Made by a program: the position numbers and the translations under genes. Below the pieces are notes generated by a model. It was not told the DNA's origin. It ran no database searches and saw only the letters and a list, made by a program, of their open reading frames with translations. This document shows, one piece after another, positions 1 through 8,541 of a stretch of DNA of 64,000 bases; the stretch's first letter is position 1; each line of letters starts with the position of its first letter. The stretch comes from Longimicrobiales bacterium. GTDB lineage: Bacteria; Gemmatimonadota; Gemmatimonadetes; Longimicrobiales; Gaopeijiaceae. The stretch lies in contig CBDAON010000004.1 in the NCBI GenBank assembly GCA_965198065.1, forward strand, positions 2,560,001 to 2,624,000, given 5' to 3'.

Positions 1-945
1 TTCATGCTGGGCGGTGCGCTCCGTTCCGCGGGGGACCCCCGCACGCCGCTCCGGCTCGGGATCGTTCTCACGGTCCTGAACCTGATCCTGAACGTGATCT
101 TCATTACGGGACCGGGTCCGCTGCCTGCCTTCGGGACGACAGGGGCGGCGATGGGGACCACGCTCGCGGGCGCGATCCTCATGCTCTACTCGTTCTGGCG
201 GCTCTTCACACACCGCTGGGTCGTGGACTTTCACCGGGGCATGGACCTCCGCCCTGACTGGGAGATCATCCGAGCGCTGTTCCGCTTCGGGCTCCCCACC
301 GGGATCCAGGGCGTCGCCATGAACATCGGGGGCGTGGTGATGCTCACCTTCGTCGGCTCCCTCGCGCTCTCGGCCCAGGCCCAGGCTGCCTACACGGTGG
401 GCTACACCCAGCTCTTCTCGCTTATCACCTGGACCTCGGTGGGGCTCATGGGTGCCGCTGCGGCGGTAGCTGGACAGAACCTCGGGGCCGGGCATCCCGA
501 GCGCTCCCTCCGCGGAGTCCATGTGGCCGCCAAGATCGGTCTCGCGGCGGCGGTGGTCGTCGGGAGCCTGTTCCTCACCATCCCGCGCGCACTTCTCTCC
601 GTGTTCGGGATGGAGGATCCCGCGGTCGTGGACCTCGGCGTCGAGCTCCTCGCCTTCCTCAGCGCGTCGGGGCTCTTCGTCACCGTCGCGCTCTCCTACA
701 CGGGGGGTCTCCAGGGCACCGGGGACACGAAGAGCCCTCTCTACATCTCGATCATCTCGCAGGTCGTGGTCCCGATCGGGGCCTGCTCCGCGATCCAGCT
801 TCTCCGCGGGCTCGAGCCCCGGGACATCTGGCTGGCGATCGTCCTGGGCCACCTGACCCGCGCCGTCCTCAGCACGCTCCGTTTCCGACAGGGAAAGTGG
901 CGGAACATTGAGGTCGAGATCGGGCCTGCCCGGGCCGCCGGCTGA
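1..945 (+). CDS. MATE family efflux transporter, C-terminal part (5' end lies outside the window)
   Basis: Multiple TM segments and repeated MATE motifs (GALRSAGDPRTPL; GGLQGTGDTKSPL; VAGQNLGAG). Frame is open from position 1. Confidence 0.9.
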   Translation, partial: FMLGGALRSAGDPRTPLRLGIVLTVLNLILNVIFITGPGPLPAFGTTGAAMGTTLAGAILMLYSFWRLFTHRWVVDFHRGMDLRPDWEIIRALFRFGLPTGIQGVAMNIGGVVMLTFVGSLALSAQAQAAYTVGYTQLFSLITWTSVGLMGAAAAVAGQNLGAGHPERSLRGVHVAAKIGLAAAVVVGSLFLTIPRALLSVFGMEDPAVVDLGVELLAFLSASGLFVTVALSYTGGLQGTGDTKSPLYISIISQVVVPIGACSAIQLLRGLEPRDIWLAIVLGHLTRAVLSTLRFRQGKWRNIEVEIGPARAAG

Positions 946-975
946 CGCTCCGGCGTGCTCGTAGCCCCATCCGTC

Positions 976-1054
976 TTGACGGCCGCCCTGGGATCCCTAC
1001 ATATTTAGGCCAGACTAAATCAAAAATGTGGCTAGCCTAAAATGTGGCGAGCCT
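976..1054 (+). promoter_or_regulatory. sigma70-like promoter overlapped by a DtxR/MntR-like operator and a tandem repeat
   Basis: TTGACG at 976-981 and CATATT at 1000-1005. Palindrome ATTTAG-gccaga-CTAAAT at 1003-1020, a degenerate second copy 22 bp downstream (1025-1042), and a 16-bp direct repeat AAAATGTGGC(T/G)AGCCT at 1023-1038/1039-1054. AT-rich island in GC-rich DNA. Confidence 0.65.
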
Positions 1055-1078
1055 GGTGAATCTGGAGGGTGCGTGGGG

Positions 1079-2305
1079 ATGCCGGGTCTTCGGGGGAAGA
1101 GAGTTGGGCGGCGGGGAGGCGTGTTTTTCCTGGTCGCTGTGGCGCTCGCAGGTTGCGACGCCATGCTCACGGCCGCGCCCGACGATCGCGACCTCTTCGA
1201 CGCGCCGTTTACGGAGCTCACGACCGAGGAGCGTGCCGTCTTTGTGCGAGGCGATGCCGCGTTCGAGCGGACGTTCTCCCCGTCCGAGGGGTTAGGCCCG
1301 ATCTTCAACGACCGCGGCTGCGCGTCCTGCCACAGCAGCGACGGCCGGGGGCGCCCCGAAAACGCCCTGGTCCGGATCGGGGTGCCTCCGACCATGTCGA
1401 GGGAGCTCGGGGGGCCCCAGATCCAGACACGTGCGATCCCCGGGGCGATTGCCGAGCCGATTCCCACGGGTGTTCCCTCGTCTGTTCGGCTGCCCCCGCC
1501 TGTCTTCGGTGTCGGGCTGATAGAGGCCATTCCCGCGGAGACGATTCTGGCCTTCGTAGATCCGGACGACGCGAACGGGGACGGGATCTCGGGACGGGCC
1601 AGCCTCGTCGCACCGCCCGACTGGGTTCCCCCCGGCGAAATTGGCGGGGGGCCGGGCCCGCAGCTCGGTCGTTTCAGCCGGAAGGCGCAGGTGAGCACGC
1701 TCCTCCAGCAGACCGTGGAGGCGTACCACGAGGACATGGGCATCACGAAGGACTTTCTCCCCGCCGACAACGAGAACCAGATCGGAGGTCCGCTCACGCG
1801 AGGGGCCGACCACGCCCCGGACCCGGAGCTTCCCGAGGCCGAGGTGCGGGCCGTGCTCGAGTATCTCCGGATGCTCACCCCACCCGCTCCGGGCGAGGAG
1901 ACGCCCGAGCGGGCCGAGGGTCGTCGCCTGTTCCAGGAGATTGGGTGCGCGAGCTGCCACATCCCCTCTGTCCAGACGGGTCCCCATCGGATCGCGGCGC
2001 TTGAGTACCGCTCGGCGGAGCTCTACTCCGACCTCCTGCTGCACGACATGGGGGAGGAGCTCGAGGACGGGCGCCCGGACGGAGCCGCAGACGGCCGGGA
2101 GTGGCGGACTGCGCCGCTCTGGGGCCTTCGCGTCATGCGGGACTTCCTAGCGGGGGACGCGTTCCTCCTCCACGACGGGAGGGACCGCTCCGTCGAGGAG
2201 GCGATTGATTACCACGGTGGGGAGGCCGCCGCGTCGCGCGGGGCGTTCGACGCGCTACCGATGGACGGCCGGGCCGCCCTTCTCAGCTTCGTCGAGTCCC
2301 GCTGA
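1079..2305 (+). CDS. di-haem oxidoreductase family (DUF1111-like) c-type cytochrome lipoprotein
   Basis: Two CASCH haem-binding motifs; YSDLLLHDMG, WRTAPLWG and LHDGR..HGGEA motifs; lipobox LAGC. ATG 1079 follows GGAGGG (1064-1069); the ORF track starts at 1028. Confidence 0.85.
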   Translation: MPGLRGKRVGRRGGVFFLVAVALAGCDAMLTAAPDDRDLFDAPFTELTTEERAVFVRGDAAFERTFSPSEGLGPIFNDRGCASCHSSDGRGRPENALVRIGVPPTMSRELGGPQIQTRAIPGAIAEPIPTGVPSSVRLPPPVFGVGLIEAIPAETILAFVDPDDANGDGISGRASLVAPPDWVPPGEIGGGPGPQLGRFSRKAQVSTLLQQTVEAYHEDMGITKDFLPADNENQIGGPLTRGADHAPDPELPEAEVRAVLEYLRMLTPPAPGEETPERAEGRRLFQEIGCASCHIPSVQTGPHRIAALEYRSAELYSDLLLHDMGEELEDGRPDGAADGREWRTAPLWGLRVMRDFLAGDAFLLHDGRDRSVEEAIDYHGGEAAASRGAFDALPMDGRAALLSFVESR

Positions 2306-2727
2306 TGGAGCGCCGTCGTTTTCTCCGTGTCCTCGGTGGCGGAGGCCTCGCCCTGGGAGCTACAGGATGTGCCTCTGCGCTCCCACTGACGGTTCCCGGG
2401 GAGGGTGATCTGGTTCGGCTCATCCTCGGAGAGCACCCGGCGCTGTCCTCGTCCGGCGGGTCCCTCCGCCTCCGGATCGGGGGCGACGGCCGGCTAGTCT
2501 ACGTCCTCGGCGTGGGGGAAGGGGAGTTCGCCGCGCGCTCTCCCATCTGCACGCACCAGGGGTGCACGGTCGAGGTGGAGGGGGCGTACCTGGTCTGCCC
2601 GTGCCACGGGTCCACGTACGCCCGCGACGGGACGGTCGTCCGGGGGCCTGCGCCCCTTCCGCTCCGGCGCTTTCCGACCCGAGTAGCGCCCGGGGGAGTC
2701 CTCGTGATCGAGACGGGGGAAGGATGA
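2305..2727 (+). CDS. Rieske [2Fe-2S] protein with Tat signal, probable lipoprotein
   Basis: CTHQGC and CPCHGS Rieske boxes, GPAP motif, N-terminal RRRFL twin-arginine signal with ATGC lipobox-like Cys. TGATG overlap with the upstream gene. Confidence 0.92.
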   Translation: MERRRFLRVLGGGGLALGATGCASALPLTVPGEGDLVRLILGEHPALSSSGGSLRLRIGGDGRLVYVLGVGEGEFAARSPICTHQGCTVEVEGAYLVCPCHGSTYARDGTVVRGPAPLPLRRFPTRVAPGGVLVIETGEG

Positions 2728-4016
2728 GAGGGCCAGACGTGTACCGTCCTGGAGCTCAAGGTCGCCGGAGCGTGGATGGGCGGGTGGTGTCGGCGGTCGC
2801 GAAAGCCCGCGGTCGGGTGGTCGACGCGGCCACGCTCGCGTGGACGCTGCTCCTCCCGGCCGTTCCTCTCGGGGCTCAGGTAGGGGCAGCCCCCGGAGCG
2901 GCCGGGGCCGATTCAACCTCCGTCCAGGAGCGGCCCTTCGTCGAGGGGGGCCAGTTCGACAAGCCCTACCTCACGACCCTCCTCGGCCGCATCGTGATCG
3001 GCGGGTACGCCGAGGCGCACGCCCGCTACGAGCGCGAGGACGGCGTCGAAAGCGAGCTCGGGTTCGAGGCCAAGCGCTTCAACCTCTTCGTGTCGAGCCC
3101 GGTGAGCGACTTCGTCCGCTTCGGCGCGGAGCTCGAGTTCGAGGAGGGTGCCGAAGAGATCAAGCTCGAGTTCGCCACCGTGGACCTGACGATCCACCCG
3201 TCCCTCGCCTTCCGCGCTGGGATGCTCCTGTCTCCGCTCGGGCGGTTCAACCTGTCCCACGACAGCCCATTGAACGCGTTCACGGACCGGCCGGTCGTCG
3301 CCACCGAGATCCTGGGAGTGGCGCTCTCGGAGCCGGGGCTTGGGGTCCTGGGGGCGCTGGCGTTCGGGGGTGGGACCGCGCGCGTCACGTACGAGCTCTA
3401 CGCCGTGAACGGCTTCCATTCGGGGCTGATCGAGAGCTCGCCGGAGGGAACGCGCATTCCCGAGGGGAAAGGCGCCCAGTCGGACGGGAACAGCTCTCCC
3501 GCCTTCGTGGGTCGGGTTGCGGTGACCCCGAGGGTCGGCTGGGAGCTCGGCCTCTCGGCCCACCACGGAGCCTGGAACGACTTCGAGGAGGAGGGCCTCG
3601 AGGTGGACCGGCGCCGGAACCTGACGATCGGAGTGCTCGACTTCGGGATGGAGGCGTACGGCGTGTCGGTGCGAGGCGAGCTGGCAGCGGCGAGCATAGA
3701 CCTCCCTCCCGGCCTTCGGGGCCTCTACCAGGCCCGTCAGCGTGGGTTCTTCCTGGAAGGGGTGCTCCCGTTCGGGATGGGCTGGGTCCCGACCATGCCG
3801 TCCTCGACGTTCAATGCTCGGGTCCGGTTGGAGGCCGTGGACTTCGACTCGGAGCGAGGCGGGGATTCGGTCAGGCAGGTGAGTGCGGGCGTGGGCTTTC
3901 GGCCGACTCCGGAGACCGCGCTCAAGCTCGATTACGTACGCGGTCGGAGTTTCGATCGCTTCGAGAACCCGGCTGATCACGCCCGCATCCTGCTCTCGGT
4001 GGCCACGTACTTCTGA
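2724..4016 (+). CDS. outer-membrane beta-barrel / porin (OprO/P-like fold, inferred)
   Basis: Signal peptide ending PLGAQ, alternating amphipathic strands, C-terminal Phe (LSVATYF). ATGA overlap with the Rieske stop. Confidence 0.75.
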   Translation: MRGPDVYRPGAQGRRSVDGRVVSAVAKARGRVVDAATLAWTLLLPAVPLGAQVGAAPGAAGADSTSVQERPFVEGGQFDKPYLTTLLGRIVIGGYAEAHARYEREDGVESELGFEAKRFNLFVSSPVSDFVRFGAELEFEEGAEEIKLEFATVDLTIHPSLAFRAGMLLSPLGRFNLSHDSPLNAFTDRPVVATEILGVALSEPGLGVLGALAFGGGTARVTYELYAVNGFHSGLIESSPEGTRIPEGKGAQSDGNSSPAFVGRVAVTPRVGWELGLSAHHGAWNDFEEEGLEVDRRRNLTIGVLDFGMEAYGVSVRGELAAASIDLPPGLRGLYQARQRGFFLEGVLPFGMGWVPTMPSSTFNARVRLEAVDFDSERGGDSVRQVSAGVGFRPTPETALKLDYVRGRSFDRFENPADHARILLSVATYF

Positions 4017-4018
4017 AC

Positions 4019-5218
4019 GTGAGAAGACGGGGAACGCATCGGGCTTCTTGGCCCACGGCGATCGCGGCCGCGGGCCCGCTGGCTGCGGCGCTCATCGTCT
4101 CCTGCGGCTCCTCTACCGAGCCCAGCGGTCCGGGTCCCGACGGTCCGGGCCCGGGCGCACAGGACGAGATCGTCCTGACCGAGGTGGTCTCGGGGCTCGG
4201 CACCCTGACCGCGCTGACCGCTCCCCCCGGAGATTCCCGGCTGTTCGTCGTCGAGCAGTCCGGACGAATCTGGATTGTGCGGGACGGGACGCTCGTCGCC
4301 ACCCCGTTCCTGGACATCCGGAGCCTCACCTCCACGGACGGCGAGCGAGGCCTCCTGGGCCTCGCTTTCCACCCCGCGTACGCGACGAACGGCCGCTTCT
4401 TCGTGAACTACACGAACACGGGCGGCGACACCCGCGTCGTCGAATACGGGGTCGGGACGGACCCCGACCTGGCGGATCCCGCCTCGGCGGCCGAGCTCCT
4501 GGCCTTCGAGCAGCCCTTCTCGAACCACAACGGCGGAGATCTCGCGTTCGGCCCGGACGGCACCCTGTACGTGGCGACGGGAGACGGCGGGAGCGCCAAC
4601 GACCCGCAAGGGAACGGCCAGAGCGTGCGGACGCTCCTCGGCGGCCTGCTCCGGCTGGACGTGAGCACGCCGGGAGAGGCGACGATCCCATCGGGGAACC
4701 CGTTCTCCGGGCGCCCCGCCGATGGGCGCGAGGAGCTGTGGGCGTGGGGCCTCCGGAACCCGTGGAGGATCAGCTTCGATCACGCGAGCGGACTCCTCTT
4801 CATCGCCGACGTGGGGCAGGGGGCGTGGGAGGAGGTGAACGTCGCCCGCGCGGACGAAGCCGCGCTGAACTACGGGTGGAGCGTCATGGAGGGCCCCGAA
4901 TGTCGGGGGGGAGGGTCGTGTGACCGCTCGGGGCTAACGGAGCCTACCCTCGCCTACGCCCATCCCGAGGGGTGCTCGATCATCGGGGGCGCGGTCTATC
5001 GTGGGGGCCGGATCCCGTCGGCCCTGGGGCACTACTTCTACTCGGACCTGTGCAGCCGCTTCCTCCGGTTGTTTCGCTACGAGAACGGGACAGCCGCGGA
5101 CGCCCGGAGCTGGGAACTCACCGCGCCCGCCCAGGTGAGCTCGATGGGGCAGGATGCTGCGGGGGAGCTCTATCTGCTCACGGTAGACGGACGGGTGCTG
5201 CGGCTCGATCCGAGCTGA
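4019..5218 (+). CDS. PQQ-dependent sugar dehydrogenase (glucose/sorbosone dehydrogenase family) lipoprotein
   Basis: GERGLLGLAFHP, NHNGGDLAFGPDG.LY...GDGG, GLRNPWRISFD and DVGQ..WEEVN motifs; lipobox IVSC. Confidence 0.9.
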   Translation: MRRRGTHRASWPTAIAAAGPLAAALIVSCGSSTEPSGPGPDGPGPGAQDEIVLTEVVSGLGTLTALTAPPGDSRLFVVEQSGRIWIVRDGTLVATPFLDIRSLTSTDGERGLLGLAFHPAYATNGRFFVNYTNTGGDTRVVEYGVGTDPDLADPASAAELLAFEQPFSNHNGGDLAFGPDGTLYVATGDGGSANDPQGNGQSVRTLLGGLLRLDVSTPGEATIPSGNPFSGRPADGREELWAWGLRNPWRISFDHASGLLFIADVGQGAWEEVNVARADEAALNYGWSVMEGPECRGGGSCDRSGLTEPTLAYAHPEGCSIIGGAVYRGGRIPSALGHYFYSDLCSRFLRLFRYENGTAADARSWELTAPAQVSSMGQDAAGELYLLTVDGRVLRLDPS

Positions 5219-5261
5219 GGCGCCACCAGGATCGTCCCTCTACGCCCCGCGCTTCGATCGT

Positions 5262-5717
5262 CTATCGGAATATGCTTGTGACGAGAATCGCGCCCTGGTC
5301 ATGCCCGGTCCCGTAGCGCGTGGTCGCCTCCCCCGCGCTCAGGTACCGCATCTCCCGGATGTTCGTCGAGTCGATACTCCGCAGGATGTTGTTTCCACTA
5401 GTGGCGGGGAGATCGACCGTGCCGAATCGGGCCCCGTCGAGGTAGACGACGAGAGCGGTCGCCTGGCCGCCCGTGATGAACGAGCCTGTACCCCGGGGCC
5501 GGAGCCAGAGGGACCGGAGGCGCGACACCACAAAGTAGGCGTCGGCCGCAGTGTCCGAGATCTCCTCGATCTGGGCCGCCGTAATGACGTTCGAGCCGGA
5601 CCCGCCGCCACCGCCGCCGCCGGTTCCGGCGGCGCACCCGGCGATCACCACGGCAAGCGAAACAGCGAGGGCCGGTGGAAAGAGAGGGGCAATGCGCCCC
5701 CGGCGACGGAAGAACAT
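5262..5717 (-). CDS. small lipoprotein resembling a stand-alone TonB-dependent receptor plug domain
   Basis: Lipobox IAGC, Gly linker, then NVITAAQI...VVYLDG...LRSID..IREMRYL...ATTRYG.G...GAILVT pattern. ATG 5717 follows GGAGG. Confidence 0.7.
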   Translation of the reverse strand: MFFRRRGRIAPLFPPALAVSLAVVIAGCAAGTGGGGGGGSGSNVITAAQIEEISDTAADAYFVVSRLRSLWLRPRGTGSFITGGQATALVVYLDGARFGTVDLPATSGNNILRSIDSTNIREMRYLSAGEATTRYGTGHDQGAILVTSIFR

Positions 5718-5897
5718 GGGACCTCCCAGGCCTGGGATGGAAGCAGGCGGGTAGACACATCCGATACCGGGCGTCACCAGTTAAGGTTCCGCCGGAGGCG
5801 GCCCGGGGCAAGGGGCTCGGCAGGTGGCGCGTGGATGCGGGAGTCCGGGGCCCGGAGGGATGGGGCTGCCTCGTCCTCCGGAGAGGCGCCCGCAGGG

Positions 5898-5975
5898 TCA
5901 CCGAGCGCGCACGGCGAGCCCCTTCAGGTAGCTTCCCTCGGGGAAGGCGAGCGAGCGCTTCCACGATCTCTGCGC
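5898..5975 (-). pseudogene. remnant C-terminus of an RlmI/YccW-like SAM-dependent rRNA methyltransferase
   Basis: Minus strand 5954-5898 reads SLAFPEGSYLKGLAVRAR*, matching the family C-terminal (DHP..)FPEG.YLKG motif; AEIVEAL precedes it in another frame. No intact ORF. Confidence 0.5.
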
Positions 5976-6066
5976 ACCAGCGCTCGGCGCCCGCGCTCAG
6001 GGATTCGCAGACGAACGCGGAGCCGGCGGGGCGATCGGCCGTGGGTTGACCCACTGCCCAAGCGAT

Positions 6067-7029
6067 CTATCGCGGAAGCACCGCCTCCGTTGGAGTCCCT
6101 TCCCGGACGATCCGGAGCCGGATCGGCTCCCCTGGCTCCGGCCGCACGCCCTGGCGATCGAAGAGGGGAATCGACGGGGCCCATACGGCTCTCGCCATGA
6201 CCTCTCGGACCTCGTCGATCGTCGTCACGGGCTCGTCGTCCACTGCCATGATCACGTCCCCCGGGCGAAGGTCCGCCTCGTCGGCCGGACTGCCGTCGGC
6301 GACCGAGACGATCAGCACTCCCTCGGCCACGTCGAAGTAGCTCCCGAGTGTGGCGTTCACGTCGACGAGCTCGGCGCCCGCCACCGCGCGCTGGCCGATG
6401 AGGAGGGGCGTGAGGGAGAGTGACTGCGGCCACCCGGCCCCCCACACGAGGGAGGGGCGATCTCCACTGCCAGGGACGTAGGCAAAGGGGATGTCGGGGG
6501 GCGGAGGTGGGTTGCCGGGGGAGCCGAAGGGGACCGTGCCCGTGCCGAAGCCGAGCCAGTCCGGGCCGACCCAGAGACCTCCGAGGCCGTCCAGCCCCTG
6601 CGCTCGGAGCGTGTCCCCGAACCGGCGGTACTCCTCCAGGAGCCGGGCGCGGACCTCCTCGATCTGCTGCCGCTGGGTCTGGCTCTGCTGCCTCTGGGTC
6701 TGGGCCTGCTGGCTCTGCTGCCTCTGAGCTTGGGTCAGGTCGCGCTGCGCGTCGCGCATCCTCGCCGACTGTTCGTAGAGCGCCTCACGGAGAGCGTCGA
6801 GCTCCGTTCTCCGACTCTCGTTCACCCGCTCGATTGCGGCCATTTGCTCCTCGCTCAGCCGCTCAAGCAGGTCGCGAAGCAAGTCCATCTCGGTGCGAAG
6901 CTCTGTGCGGACGCGATCGGCATCTGAGCTCGCCGGCGGTGCGTCCTGAGCCTGCGAGGCCGCCGGGCCAAGGGCGACGAGCGTAAGGGCGACGAGTGAG
7001 TGTGGGACGAGCGATCGGGCGTAAATCAT
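6067..7029 (-). CDS. exported coiled-coil + PDZ domain protein
   Basis: Signal peptide (..ASQAQ), Q/E/R-rich coiled coil, PDZ signature GVLIVSVADGSPADEADLRPGDVIMAVD. ATGA overlap with the anti-sigma stop. Confidence 0.8.
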   Translation of the reverse strand: MIYARSLVPHSLVALTLVALGPAASQAQDAPPASSDADRVRTELRTEMDLLRDLLERLSEEQMAAIERVNESRRTELDALREALYEQSARMRDAQRDLTQAQRQQSQQAQTQRQQSQTQRQQIEEVRARLLEEYRRFGDTLRAQGLDGLGGLWVGPDWLGFGTGTVPFGSPGNPPPPPDIPFAYVPGSGDRPSLVWGAGWPQSLSLTPLLIGQRAVAGAELVDVNATLGSYFDVAEGVLIVSVADGSPADEADLRPGDVIMAVDDEPVTTIDEVREVMARAVWAPSIPLFDRQGVRPEPGEPIRLRIVREGTPTEAVLPR

Positions 7030-7958
7030 GGTGCCCCCCTTGTCGATGGGCCGGGGGCCGCGCCCCCGCCGACGAGCGAGATCCGATGGAGCGTGGCCTC
7101 CCGTTCGGCGATCGTGTTGATCATGAGTCCGTTCAGGAAGGGATCCGCGGGCGCGTTCCGTACCGCGTCTCGGGTGACCGCGAGCACGTTCCCGAGCGCC
7201 ATGTACCGGCCGACTGGGTCTCCGATCGGGGACACCCTGGTGCTCTCGAGCCGTCTCCCGTACGCGAGGAGCGCGCCGATGTAGACGTCCTCGGCCACGC
7301 GGACCAGATCGGCCGCTTCCTGGAGGGAGCCTCCGTTCGGCTCCCGTCCGGCCGTTACCCCGAGCGCGGTCCGGGGGGGCGCGGCGGCACCCGCATCCGT
7401 TGCGTCGAGCGGCTGAGACTCCGTTGGCGGCTCCCCGGACGAATCCACCGCAGGAGCCGGCGCCTCGGCAGGCTGCCCGAAGGCCAGCGGCTCCACCGCC
7501 TCGGCGCGGCCGGCAGCGGAGTCCGCGCCGCCCTCCGTCTCGAGCCCGGCGATGATCGGTACATCGGGGTCGGTTCCCGCGGACGCGACAACTTCGCGGC
7601 CCGCTCCGCGCAGGAGCCATCCGCTGGCCACCCCTGCCGCGAAGAGCGTCGCGACCGCCGCAGCCCGGAGCCAGGGTGGGGACGAAGGATGCCGCCGCCC
7701 ATCGCTTCGCGCGCCGGCGTGGGAGCGCCGGGCTGAGGCGACTCCCACGATCCCCTCTCTCCGCAGTCGCGCTTCGAGCCGTGCCCAGTCGCCCTCGGGC
7801 GGCTGGCGGGGCGGAAGGGCCGACAGCTCCCTCGTCTGCTCGACCATGGCATCCAGCTGAGCCCGACACCGCACGCATCGCGCCAGGTGGGCCCGCTCCT
7901 CTCCCGACGGCGGCTCGTCAACGAGTCTGGCGAGCGTTTCCAGGTTCAGGTGCACCAT
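7026..7958 (-). CDS. zinc-binding (zf-HC2) transmembrane anti-sigma factor
   Basis: HLARCVRC (HxxxCxxC), one TM helix (WLRAAAVATLFAAGVASGW), overlaps the ECF sigma gene. Confidence 0.85.
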   Translation of the reverse strand: MVHLNLETLARLVDEPPSGEERAHLARCVRCRAQLDAMVEQTRELSALPPRQPPEGDWARLEARLRREGIVGVASARRSHAGARSDGRRHPSSPPWLRAAAVATLFAAGVASGWLLRGAGREVVASAGTDPDVPIIAGLETEGGADSAAGRAEAVEPLAFGQPAEAPAPAVDSSGEPPTESQPLDATDAGAAAPPRTALGVTAGREPNGGSLQEAADLVRVAEDVYIGALLAYGRRLESTRVSPIGDPVGRYMALGNVLAVTRDAVRNAPADPFLNGLMINTIAEREATLHRISLVGGGAAPGPSTRGAP

Positions 7959-8521
7959 GCTTCCACTCCTTCGTTGTCGCGGGAGCCACCGTCCCGGAGA
8001 GAGCCCTCCTCCCCTAGGATCTCCCTCATCTTCGCCCTCGCCTTGAAAAGCTGGGACTTGGAGGTCCCGGCCGTCACGCCGAGCGCCGCTCCGATTTCCT
8101 CATGCGTGTGACCCTCCACGTCGTGGAGAACCAGGACCTTCCGCATTCCGTCGGCCAGCCGGTCCAGCGCGGCGTCCAGCCTACGGTCGAGCAGGACGTC
8201 CCCCACCGCCGGCGCCTCCGCGACGACTTCGGAGGTGATTGCCTCTCGCCTCGCCCTCCGCTCGTCCTGGCGGCTCAACTGGATCGCGGCGTTCACCGCG
8301 ATGCGATGCAGCCATGAGGAGAAGCGGGCGTCACCCTGGAATGACGGAAGGGCACGCAGCACGCGAATCCAGGTCTCTTGTGCACAGTCGCACGCCACGT
8401 CGTGATCCCCGGTGATACGCCGAGCCACCGTGAAGACCAGTGACGCGTGCTGGTCGTAAAGCTCCCGTATCGCTTCGGGGTTGCCTCCGGCGGCCCGCTC
8501 GACGAGCCTGGCTTCCGTCAT
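7946..8521 (-). CDS. ECF RNA polymerase sigma factor
   Basis: Region 2 (DCAQETWIRV...FQGDARFSSWLHRIAVN) and region 4 (VLVLHDVEGHTHEEIG..LG...GTSKSQLFKAR). Alternative start at 8548. Confidence 0.93.
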   Translation of the reverse strand: MTEARLVERAAGGNPEAIRELYDQHASLVFTVARRITGDHDVACDCAQETWIRVLRALPSFQGDARFSSWLHRIAVNAAIQLSRQDERRARREAITSEVVAEAPAVGDVLLDRRLDAALDRLADGMRKVLVLHDVEGHTHEEIGAALGVTAGTSKSQLFKARAKMREILGEEGSLRDGGSRDNEGVEAWCT

Positions 8522-8541
8522 CCGGCTCCTTGGCGGCGATG

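Noticed and set aside
5763..5790. ECF-type promoter (GGAACC...GTATC) before the plug-like lipoprotein
   Set aside because: The spacing (17) differs from the candidate at the sigma gene (15), and a sigma70-like reading is equally possible; too weak to call.
5879..6001. Glycine-riboswitch-like words on the plus strand (GGAGAG...CACCGA...CTTCAGG, GCTCAGG)
   Set aside because: The CCGAAG core is imperfect, there is no downstream plus-strand gene, and the segment is better explained as a minus-strand methyltransferase remnant.
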